This document shows, piece by piece, positions 51,839 through 64,000 of a stretch of DNA of 64,000 bases (positions are counted from its first letter, which is position 1; every line of letters begins with the position of its first letter). Where the stretch lies: the NCBI RefSeq assembly GCF_006345805.1, contig NC_043015.1:20274001-20338000 (forward strand), given 5' to 3'. The stretch is from Octopus sinensis (lineage: Eukaryota). The notes under the pieces are model-generated. The model was not told the origin of the DNA. It ran no database searches and saw only the letters and a program-made list of their open reading frames with translations. Position numbers and translations under genes: made by a program.

Positions 51839-52086
51839 ATGCTTATTAATAACAACAACATTATCATCCTCATTATCAACAACAACATTATTAATGCCAA
51901 CTGTAACAAAAACGAATGAGTAATTGCACCGACAACAACAATAACAACTGCAAGTACAAATCTACACGAAATGAGAAAAAATTCTGTCTATTAGAAATGG
52001 CCAACTTGCTTCAGTCATTAATAAATACACATAATGTTATAATTATCAACATACACTTCTCGCTTTCTCTAACGCATATACACATA

Positions 52087-52780
<694 letters not shown>

Positions 52781-53439
52781 GACACACACACATGCACATG
52801 CGCGCGCACACACACACCACACACACAAATCATGTACACACACAAAATGGTGGATATTACGGCAATTTAACGAAAGATGATTCACTTATTCATTTCACAA
52901 AATTGTTTCCCCTCGCATTGAAATGGAGGTGATTTAAGCATATTTTCATTTCATTTATGCAAATTGCTTCGGTCATGAATCTGCTTCGCTCTTTTTTGTA
53001 TGTCTAAGTTTTCGTTCAGTTGGAAATAAAGTAAAACAATGCTTTGGTGATGACGACTGCTCTTTGTCATTCTCTGTGGACAACCAAACGGACTTCTTCT
53101 TAATGTCAGGTAAATTTTGGAGAATGTCCTGATATTCGCACGATAAAATATATTCCATCTTTCGATCTTTGTCTAGAAATTGAAGGAGAGTAGATTTGCC
53201 AATCGTCTGGTCCATTTCTCATGGATGATACTGTTTTCATGGTGTCTGGCAGTTTGTTTTGTTCCGTAATAAAAGATCTTCTCTTTCTCTACTTGCCGAT
53301 CCACCTGTTGTTTGTATATCTGCATACTGAATATATTAGAGCACTGTAACGGAATGCAATAAGGTATTTCCTTGGGGATCTTTTGCGGTTGGGCATCGAA
53401 ATGAACTCGAAACATCATGCCGAAATGCATCAATAAATT

Positions 53440-54570
53440 AACATTAATATTTTTTTCACCTTTGTTACAATCATCTGAAATGGAACTGTCAAAGCGCGAT
53501 ATCCGAACAATTCAACTTCAAAAAAGGACGTAAAGCAATTGAAACTGCTCGCGATATCAACGAAACATTTGGTGAGGAAATGACTAGTAGTGGTCATTTC
53601 GAAAATGGTTTAAATGATTTCGCAGTGGAGACCTGGGCCTTGAAGATCGTGAGCGTATTGGACGCCCATCTGTCATCGATGACGGTCAATTAAAGACCGT
53701 CATTGAGAAAGATACACGTAAAACCACCCGAGAACTGGCAAATGAACTTCAAGTTAGACAGAAAACTGCCTACAACCATTTGCATGCTATCGGAAAATCA
53801 AAAAGGCTCGACAAATGGGTACCGCATGATTTGAATGAAAATCAGAAAATGCGCAGATATGAAATTTGCTCGTCGCCTCTTCTCCGTAACCAGACCGACT
53901 CATTGCTTGACCGTATTGTAACTTGCGATGAAAAGTGGATTCTATACCACAATAAAAAACGTTCTTTGTAGTAGTTGGACCAAAATGAAGCTCCGAAAAC
54001 CTCTAAACTCGAGCTTTTCAAAAAGAAGGTTATGGTGACTGTTTGGTGGTGTACTGCTGGACTCATCCACTATAACTTCTTGAAACTCGGAAAAAAACCT
54101 TAACTACAGAAACAATATGAAATTGCCAAAATGAACGAAAAGCTGCTACTCCTCCGTCCCGTACAGGTCAGCAGAAGAGGGCCAATCATTCGTCATGACA
54201 ATGCTCGACCACACGTTTCACTAATGACGCTCCAGAAGTTGAGGGAATTTGGCTACGAAGTTCTTCCCCACCCAGCTTGTTCCCCAGACCTTTCTCCTAC
54301 TGACTACCACTTTTGCAAGCACCTTGATGGTTTCTTGTGAAAGAAGGAGTTCAGAAATCAAACTGATGCTGAAAGTGCGTTCAAAGAGTTCATCAGCTCC
54401 AGAACTCCAGATTTTTATGTTACCAGAGTAAACAAACTTGTAACTCATTGGCAAAAATGTGTTGATTGCAATGGTGCTTACTTTGATGAATAAAATGTCC
54501 GCATTGTTGAGATATATTGTGTCGAATTTCATGCTTCAAAAGGTTGCTTACTTTTTACTCCGCCTGATTT
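53440..54570 (+). mobile_element. decayed mariner (DD34D, SETMAR/Hsmar1-like), left TIR not found
   Basis: ATG 53480 (MELSKRDIR...) to TAA 54493 with WVPHDL, TCDEKW, HDNARPH and CSPDLSPTDYH motifs, frameshifts and stops; right TIR-like GCTTACTTTTTACTCCGCCTGA. Confidence 0.9.
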
Positions 54571-54788
54571 AAGTATGGATTTGTTCATAGTTTACAAACG
54601 GAAAGAGCTGAATCTTCCACAAGCCTGCATTGACACACACGCACACACCACCACGCTTATACTGACATGATCAACAAAATATCGTGAAACTCGGAAGAGC
54701 AACATTGAGTCATTTCAGCATCATGATAATTATTTACATTTTATTTGGTCAATGAGTATTTGTATAGGAATTGTGTGATTGTATGTGC

Positions 54789-54833
<45 letters not shown>

Positions 54834-54915
54834 CACGCACGTTCACAAGCACATATCCACGTGAATGAGTTATAAAATATATAGTTCATAAACTATACAA
54901 TATATACATACATGC

Positions 54916-55012
<97 letters not shown>

Positions 55013-55304
55013 CACTGTCACGGGCATCACTCACATATAGACGCATCTATGTTTACCCCTGCACACACACATAATTGTATAGCATATATGCACGCATCGA
55101 TAGCAACTAAATAGTTTACATAAAATTTTCCGTTGAATGCAGTGCAATTAAGCAAAAGATTGGTTAAGTTGAAATATTTTGTCAAAATATTCTGTTACAA
55201 TAACGCACTAATTAGGTTTTTGAGATGACCGCACTTTCAATAAACTCTTAAAGCCTTACTATTTACAAAAATGTCATATACGCATTTATCTGAGTTGTTG
55301 TTGC

Positions 55305-55341
<37 letters not shown>

Positions 55342-55367
55342 TTATTATTATTATTATTATTATTATT

Positions 55368-55585
55368 AAGGGAGTAAGCTAGTGGGGTTGTTAAAGCGTC
55401 GGAAAAAATCCTTTAAGGTATTTATCTCTACCGACTCTTTATATTCTGAGTTCAAATTCTGCCGAGGTCGATTTTGCTTTCCATCATTATGGGATCGCTA
55501 AAATAAGTACCAGTTGTATACTGGGGTTGATCTAATCGACTGGCCCTTCCCCCAAATTTCAGGCCTTGTGCCTATAGTAGAAAGG

Positions 55586-55588
<3 letters not shown>
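55368..55588 (+). mobile_element. SINE family B
   Basis: TCTGAGTTCAAATTCTGCCGAGGTCGATTTTGCTTTCCATC...AAAATAAGTACCAG...CTGGGGTTGATCTAATCGACTGGCCC. Confidence 0.85.
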
Positions 55589-55621
<33 letters not shown>

Positions 55622-58398
55622 GTTGTTGTTGTTGTTGTTGTTGTTGTTTTTGTTGTTGTTGTTGTTGTTGTTGTTGTTATTATTATAGTTTTGTCTTCCC
55701 AGAACTGCCGAGAAATGGACAGTTTGGTAAAAACTACGTCCAATGTGTGTGTCACAATTTATTTTCCATAGATCTGAGTGTGACGTAGAGGAGATGAACA
55801 CCAAAGAAGAAACGAGGCGATAGATGGAGTTGTGAAGGTGCATGTCCTATCATATGAGAGATACGTAATACAATGAACAGGGCAAAGACATCGGTAGAAA
55901 GATTACATCTTGACTGATAGCAAGTGATAAGCGTAGAGAGAACGTGAAACAATACATGGTCAGAAGTTGTGGCGGCTGCATGAATATGTAAATCCTGATA
56001 ATCCCCCCAAAACTGTAAAGCTACTCCTGAACAGAGGCTTATTGTGGCTTCAGAAAGAAATTATAAAAAAAACAATGGTTCAGTTGGTGGTACAGCATAT
56101 AGAAACCAGTTTCTATATATGTGAAGGCTACTGTGATTTAAGTCTTCCTTCTAAAGGAGTTGGAACAGCAGATCGCAAAAAACTGGTTTCCAAAATGTTT
56201 CTGGTCGCAGGTCCAAGTGTTATGGAAAAGTCACTTCGACTTCAGGAAGTAACGGAGATTGAGAGGTCTCCCTGTTGATCTAACTGTCGTCTTGCAACGA
56301 TAAGGCGAGGAAGGGTCTTGCAAAGTATTGTAAAATGTCTAGGACAGCCAAAAACGAGAGAAAATATGACTAAACAGAAGAGAAAACACAACTTGGGACT
56401 AAACAGCAGCATGACACCCTAGGGAAGACCCATCTCTTCCTGTGATGGGATGAAACATGGACAATAAAGGAAAGACAATTAAAAAAACCATTTGAAAGAG
56501 AAGAACGGTAGGTGAGAGGACAAAGGATGAGTTTGAGGAAAACTTAAGTCAACAACAAGCGATTAGTTTATCAAGAAGCTCATGCGAACTTGTCAGGGGT
56601 TGAGACAAAATTTGAGCTTTGTTTAACATCAAGAACATTCACGGGCATTTTCAAGGGTGCAGGGTTCCACTACTTGGAGCAATAGGAAGTCAGTCTTCTG
56701 TGATATCGTGAACTAGCGCCAGTGAAGTCTTTCTACTCGAATGTGGTTGTTTTGATTGCTTTTATTTATATCTATTTATATTTACATTTTTTTAATGTAA
56801 ATTGCTTCTATTTCTTTACTGATTTTTTACCATACGGACGTGGTGTGGGCAGCAGTGGTTGTGGTAGTGGCGGGGTAATGGGTTTTGTGTACGGCAATGA
56901 TGCAACGAGTAACCATTATTTTCCCGAAATACTTGCCGTAATGTGGAACCACGCAAAGTGAAATGCCTTCTCTTTAACACGAAATTTTATGTTGCAGAAA
57001 TTCTACGTTACGGTAAAATGTTCAAATTCGCTCTTGTGTTTCAAAATCTGTCCATCTCTTTTAGCTAGGTTCTGAGATTTCTTAATCATAACGGTAAGCA
57101 AATGATTTTACGATGTTTATCCATTTTGTGTTCCACGATCATAGCAAGTCTCCTTCCTTCATCAATATGGTCAAACTCTATTGAGAAACTTCATAAAATC
57201 TTGAAATTATTATGTTTTATGACAATATCTGATACGTGTTCAGACCATTTACTTCTATTTCAAATCCTCAAAGTTGGTTAACTTCTCAATTTACCTTTTA
57301 TCGATACACAGTCGCCTGTCTTTTGCATGGTAGCTATTTGTATTGTCATCCGTGATTCAAGAGGACCTCAGAAGGTGAAAGCAGAAGTAGTGGTAACAGT
57401 AGTAGCCTCAACAACATAAACGATAACGCTCCCTAATCATTTCCAAACACAAATACAAATAATAAATTCATATATAAACAAAATAAACAATGGAAAAATC
57501 AAACGAACAGAACTTAGTTTCAGTCAATAAAGCTGAAAAAGAATGTTAATTAATTTAAAACATTAGTTAAAGGAAAGCATTAATTAAGATGAATATAAAA
57601 TTTAAAAAACAAATAACAAAACAACCAAATCTATTTGAACAGTACAAATAGAAACAACACACAAACAACATGTACATTTCTCCTTTGCAAGCGTTGTGAG
57701 TCAAAAGGAGGTTTTGATATGAACCACTCGACAAAACGGTGAAGATGTGAACAAGGATTGACGTGAGAGGCAGTGCATCCTCGTTCGAGGAATTTACCCA
57801 GGATACAGTGAAGAGAAATGCGTTATATATGCAAATTGTTCAATCCGATTTAGTGAAATAGTAATAGTGCATTTACAAGTAGTGTCTCCTAGGATGGCTA
57901 AAATGGTTATTTGGTGTCTAACACTGTACTGGAATCACTCTGTCCGAACCCTCTAATTTCTGTTCGATAAAGTGCTACATACTTTTTTATAGATTTATTG
58001 CCAAACACTGTAAAACCCACAAGACACGATTCCCACCCACACATTAATGATATATATATATATATAATATATATATTATATATATATATATATATATAAT
58101 ATATATATGAGTACGATACAAGTATGGGAGTGCGTGTATATATATATATATATATATATTATATAATATATTATATATAATATATACATATGTGTGTGTG
58201 TGTGGGAGGGGTTATCTGTATTTTCTCCTCTTCAGCTTTTCTCACCCGCTCCCTTCCTTTCTGTCCCCTTCAGTGTATTTTAGTTATTAATCGAAATGAT
58301 AGATGCAGTGAGAAACGGCAGGAAATTATAAAATATACCACCACGCACGCTACACGCACTCTCACATCCTTTCACTCACACACTCACACACACACTCA

Positions 58399-58438
<40 letters not shown>

Positions 58439-58833
58439 ACACAAACCACACACAACACACACACACACACACACGCTCTCTCTTTTCCCCTCTCTTTCTC
58501 GATCTCTCTTTCTCCCCTTTCTCACATACTCGCTTTCTCTCACTTTCACACACACATACACACTCTTTCTTCTCTCTCTCCCACACACTCACTCTCCTCC
58601 CCTCACTCTCCCACACGCACACTCTCTCTGCCTCCTCTCACTCTTCCTCTCTGTCTCCTCTCTCCTTGTTCTCTCTCTCTCTCAGATACACCTTCTCCCC
58701 TCTCGTTCTCTTCCTTTCTCTCTCTCACTCACACACACATTCTTTCCTCACTTGTTCTCTTCCTCTCTTTCTCGCACACACTCTCTCTTCTCTCTTCCTT
58801 TTTCACTTTTACACATGCAACCTCTCCCACCAC

Positions 58834-58897
<64 letters not shown>

Positions 58898-59916
58898 TGT
58901 GAGTTATAATTAGTAGGCTATAAAAAAAAAATTACACTGGTTAAGTGCACTCTTGTGATGAGTATTACTAAAAAGAAGACATGTGACGTATTAGTTTCTC
59001 AAACGGATTAGTGAAGCTGTTTGTGTTTTCATGACGTTCAACAATTTACTCACCTCTGGCGATTCGTTTGGAAACTGAAACAATATAAATCAAATCATAT
59101 ACATACCTCATTTAGCATCTATTTTCTTATACACCTCAATATTACACGGTGTATAAATTATTGTGTACAATCTGTAGCAAGCATGTGGGTGTGTGTACGC
59201 GCGTTTGTATTTTTATGTGCTTGTTTAAGCACTTGCTTGTGAAAACAGTGTGAAAACAGCTCTTGTACGTGTGTACTTGTACATACATGTGTACATGTAG
59301 TTACGTGTGCATGTATGTTTTTGTGAGCTTTACATCAACACGCTCTTTATCTGTGCATGTTTTTATGTGTGTGCCATTTATATATATAATTATGTGTGTG
59401 CGTATGTTTCTCTTCGTGTGCGCGCGCCTCTTAGTGTACGTGTATATTTAGATGTTTGTTCGATATTTTTATATGTAGGCATGTGTGTGTGTATGTGTGT
59501 GTTTGTGCACGTGAGTGTAAATGTATATTTTTGTATGCATATTTCTGTATGCTTGTATTTACATATTTCTATATGCTCATGAATTCATGTGTGAGCCTGT
59601 TTATAGACTTGAAATGAAAGAAATCTCGAACGCTGGAGAATGACCGAGAAAACAGATTAGAGAATCTAGTAATATATAATTATAGACGGAAATAAAAGTG
59701 GCCAGCGGGCCGCCATCGAGATTCGAACTCTGTATCGCAAAAAGAAAAGCGATTCTGTTCCCTGTACCTGCTTGCTGGCCACATTCCCCCCCCCCCCCAC
59801 CCCGGTTACATGGGTATTTGACTCGATTTCACAGCTATCCTCCTGCGATCAAGATTTCTTTCATTCCATGAAATACGAATTCATTCGGGCGCTTCAATGT
59901 TTCTTCATTATATAAA

Positions 59917-60255
59917 GGCATGGCTGTGTGGTAAGAAGCTTGCTTCTCAATCACATGCTTCTGGGTTCAGTTCCACTGCATGGCACCTTGGGCATGTGTC
60001 TTCTACTAAAGCCTCGGGCCGACCAAAGCCTTTTGAGTGGATTTGGTCGACAGAAACTGAAAGAAGCCCGTCGTGTATATATATATATATATATATATAC
60101 AAGTAACATTTGTAGCCACTTTAACATGGCTGTCAGTTCGAGCAGACTCTATCGCGATTTTTTTAACCCCAAGAGAACATATCTTGCTGGTTAACGATGC
60201 ACAGCTACATCCCATAAAACTGCGAGCAGAAGAGAGGATCCCTACCATCTCTAGC

Positions 60256-60336
<81 letters not shown>

Positions 60337-60625
60337 GGTTATGTATATATGTGTTGTATGTTGTGTGTGTGTTGTGTGTTTGTGTGTGTGTGTGTGTATG
60401 TGTGTCTGTGTATGTCTTTGTGTCTGTGTTTGTCTTCCCACCATCGCTTGATAACCAATGTTGGTCTGTTTACGTCCCCGTAACTTAGCGGTTCGGCAAA
60501 AGAGCCCGATAAAATAAGCACTAGGCTTACAAAGTCCTGGGATCGATTTCTTCGACTAAGAACCTTTAGAGCGGTGCTCCAGCATCGCCGCAGTCAAATG
60601 ACTGAAACGTAGAGGAAAAAAAGAA
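59917..60625 (+). mobile_element. SINE family A split by (TA)n and a 170-bp unique insert
   Basis: Head GGCTGTGTGGTAAGAAGCTTGCTTC...AAGAAGCCCGTCG; tail CCACCATCGCTTG...GCGGTGCTCCAGCATCGCCGCAGTCAAATGACTGAAAC. Confidence 0.85.
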
Positions 60626-60898
60626 CATATATACATACATACAGATAAATATATATATGTGATTGTGTTGTCGAGCAACATATTCCTGATTATGGCACGT
60701 AGACAGTCAGACTGTAAGAGCCGAGTTTATTGCTAAGAGCAACAATCGGCGCGAAACCTTCTGACCGGTTATACGCCATGGCTATTTCGTTCGACAGTAC
60801 AAAAGTATAAACCAAGCTCTTTTAGAATGTGCGCTTTCACCCTGACCTATGGACAACAAAGCGATTATATATATATATATTATATATTATATATATTA

Positions 60899-60931
<33 letters not shown>

Positions 60932-61004
60932 TATTTGCTTGTATAAACGGATGAATGTATCCAACATTGTCATAATTATACGTAAGTATTATTAATCGTG
61001 TTAC

Positions 61005-61089
61005 CTTGGCACTGTTCCTGACGAAGGCAAGAAATGTATAGAAAGGTGTCCGCTCGTAATCCAATGGTTGTCTGAGACGGATGCTGCCA
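61005..61089 (-). CDS. internal exon of a cadherin-superfamily gene (part of one extracellular cadherin repeat)
   Basis: Acceptor TTTGTTTTCCTCTTTCAG, donor AAG|GTAACA; 85 nt, phase 2 to phase 0; encodes GSIRLRQPLDYERTPFYTFLAFVRNSAK with the G-x-I-x-L...LDYE...Y cadherin signature. Confidence 0.85.
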
Positions 61090-61474
61090 CTGAAAGAGGA
61101 AAACAAAGACATATCTTTTATAAAGAGTTCACCAAAAGCCCTACCCACTCTTTCATCTTCTGTAGTGAATGAATGTGCTTATATTGTTGTTTCCCTGACA
61201 CTCAAATTTATTAGCTCTTCTGATTCACACACACACACACACACACATACACACACACACACATACACACACACGTACATACATTAGAAATATAAACAAA
61301 ATTTATACGCATAAATACCTACTTATATACAGATAGATGTATATTCACATACATACACACGCATACACACACACACACATATATATATACAGACATATAT
61401 ATATCGATACACATGTATATATACATACATATTTATGTATACATACATGTGAAGGTATATATATACATACACAA

Positions 61475-61522
<48 letters not shown>

Positions 61523-62962
61523 GTATTCATACATATTTACATATATTTATATATATATATACAGACGATATTCTCACGCGCACACGCGCACACACACACA
61601 TACATACACACATACGCACATACAAATAACATACACACATACACATATCTATCTTGATTGATTGATAAAAAAGAGAGAAAGTTTGTTTGGTGAGTGCGTA
61701 TATAATAAAAAACGTCGTTCCATTGGTATTCCAAGATACATTTGGGATACGGCTATGATATCTTAGAAGATTTGTTCAAAATTATAGCTTTAGAACTTTG
61801 CTAAGACATAATAATTTAGTCTACAATACGAGATGGCGCCTTTAAGACTAACCAATATTTGTACACAATTTATCACAATCAGTTATCTATCTTAGGAAAC
61901 CATTTTAAAGAACCGTTAAAGAAACCGCACCGAACTCATTTCTATATGTCAACATATTGCTAAATACTTTTTAGATATCATAATGTTAGACGGCCAATTG
62001 TATTCTGCAAGTTTTCTTTTCAAAAATTTTCTATTTTCTTAAATAAACTATTAACGGCGAGTAACGTACCTCTTATAAATAGCTATTCTGCTTTCCCCCG
62101 TATAATTGCATAGAGATGTATCGTTACATATATCTATATATATATAAAAGGGTTAACTTCTGCTTTGTAATAAGTTTGTTTACGAAAAATCATGTTTAAA
62201 AATAATTTACATATGAATTATAATTAAACTGTTTAAACGCCGCATACATTCACATCCACCATATGTGCACATAATATAATTTGTTAGCTTTGTAACCAAT
62301 GAATATTTAACTAAAACAGAATATGTTTCTAATACTAACTATGACATGTTTATTTGTGAAAGAAGAACAATAGAACTCGTCCCGTTTTACCTGATCAATT
62401 TGTGATGAGGAAACGGGAGTATATAGTGTGAATAACTACTATTCAGCTATGGATGTATATAAATATACATGCCAACATATATATGTATACTCAGAGAACA
62501 CCCATATATATGCATACATATACGTACCTACACGCAAACACACACACATGTATACACACATAGCATACATACATATACATATACTCATATGTACCAGTAT
62601 ACGTATGAAGATACATGAACATACATAAACACATGCGTAAATGTGTGTATTCGTGTGTTAGCATTTGTATGTCATTATCTCCCTGACTCTATGTATGCGT
62701 TTATGATAGTGTGTGTGTGTGTGTGTGTTAAGTCTTCCCGTGTGTGCGCCTGTGTTCGCGCGTGTTTTATGTCAGCTTGCAGTCCTTCGTTTGTTTTATT
62801 GTCAATAAAGAAAACACGTGACTTCAATGACACTTTAAATAACCCCAAGAATTGATAATTGATAATTGAATTTTTAGGAAAAGAATGACCTGGAATCGAT
62901 TCGTATCATAGCAACCACTGTGAAACACACGCACACATATCTGCACCTATACATACATATAT

Positions 62963-63013
<51 letters not shown>

Positions 63014-63037
63014 ATATATATATACACGCACACACAC

Positions 63038-63077
<40 letters not shown>

Positions 63078-63180
63078 GTGTTTATATATATATACAAACA
63101 TACATGTATGATATATATGTATATATATATGCATATTTATATATAATTTTATGAACTCTTTTATATACATACAACGCATT

Positions 63181-63215
<35 letters not shown>

Positions 63216-64000
63216 ATGTGTGTGTCTGTGTGTGTGTATGCACATATGTATATATATGTATGTATATTTTATGTACACACATGTATTTTCATACACACAC
63301 ATCCCTATCTGCCTGTCTCTCTGTCTATCTGTGCGCGCGCAAGTATGTGCCTCCATGTGGAAGTGTAAACATGACGGTTCTACAATAAAAAGATCAGGCG
63401 ATGTTATCTATGAGCAGTTCGACAGACACCGATGTACATCCAACCACACACACACACACATTGCACAGAAAGAAAGTACTATGTCTTAGACATTGAAATT
63501 CAATTGTTATCTGAAGAAATAATGGTTGTTCCCTTGATGTATGGCACTGTGTTGGCCGTCGGTTATGGCGGCGGCGGTTACAGATGTTGTCAAGGTGTTG
63601 GTGGTGGCGTGCTGGTTGTAGTGGTGTCGATGGTGGGGGATCGTTGTTAGAGTGGTGGGGGTGGCAGTGGTTGTGGTAGTGGTGGGGTAATGGGTTTTGT
63701 GTATGGCAATGATGTAACGAGTAACCATTATTTTCACGATGATGGTTATGATGCCGTTTTGTATGCGTGATCGTAAAAATTATGACGGTGGTAGTATGAT
63801 GGTGATAGTAATTACAGCTATGACTCTGCTGTTGACTACGATGGTATGGTTGTAGTTGGTAGTAGTTTTGACGGTAGTTGCGATGGTGTTATAGGCAATA
63901 GTGGTTTGGTGAGGTTGTTATTGTATTGGTTATGAGTCTCACTGGTGAAAGTGGTATGTGATGGTATGGTAGTGGTTGTGGTAGCAATTATAATGAAAGC

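Noticed and set aside
52860-53435. Coding-like sequence upstream of the mariner (ORF with IGKSTLL)
   Set aside because: Not a full P-loop, has stops and frameshifts, and I cannot assign it; needs BLASTx.
55760-56700. Purine-rich unique stretch with a 103-aa ORF
   Set aside because: No recognisable motif; probably ancient TE debris.
62379-62420. TCCCGTTT...CTGATCA...GAAACGGGA resembling a type-III hammerhead, also a minus-strand donor site
   Set aside because: Core G8 is absent and there is no room for stem I; the putative exon peptide does not fit the cadherin F-x-I-D context in the required phase.

Overview
AT-rich, microsatellite-saturated eukaryotic DNA. The SINE families, the abundant (TA)n/(CA)n/(ATCT)n tracts and the LINE and mariner types are what I associate with an octopus (coleoid cephalopod) genome; this is inference, not a database match. 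Only one host-gene segment is recognisable: an 85-bp, GT-AG-bounded cadherin-repeat exon on the minus strand (61005-61089). The rest looks intronic or intergenic. It is built from tRNA-derived SINEs (at least 5 families), decayed LINEs (CR1/L2-like, R4/Dong-like, RTE-like), two mariners, a Tc1-type fragment, a complete non-autonomous Helitron plus a helicase fragment, MITEs, fold-back palindromes and one 100-N scaffold gap. Nearly all listed ORFs are microsatellite translations. The most notable signal is a recurring minimal type-I hammerhead-ribozyme fold (stem I - CUGANGA-like core - extra A - stem II - GAAA - palindromic ACGU - UH - stem I), the form known from Penelope-like elements. It occurs 8 times in three different repeat families. 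One family is a tRNA-headed SINE whose first two copies form a head-to-head inverted dimer bracketed by a single 12-bp direct repeat (165-176 and 802-813). Repeat boundaries are read by eye and approximate unless stated as exact.
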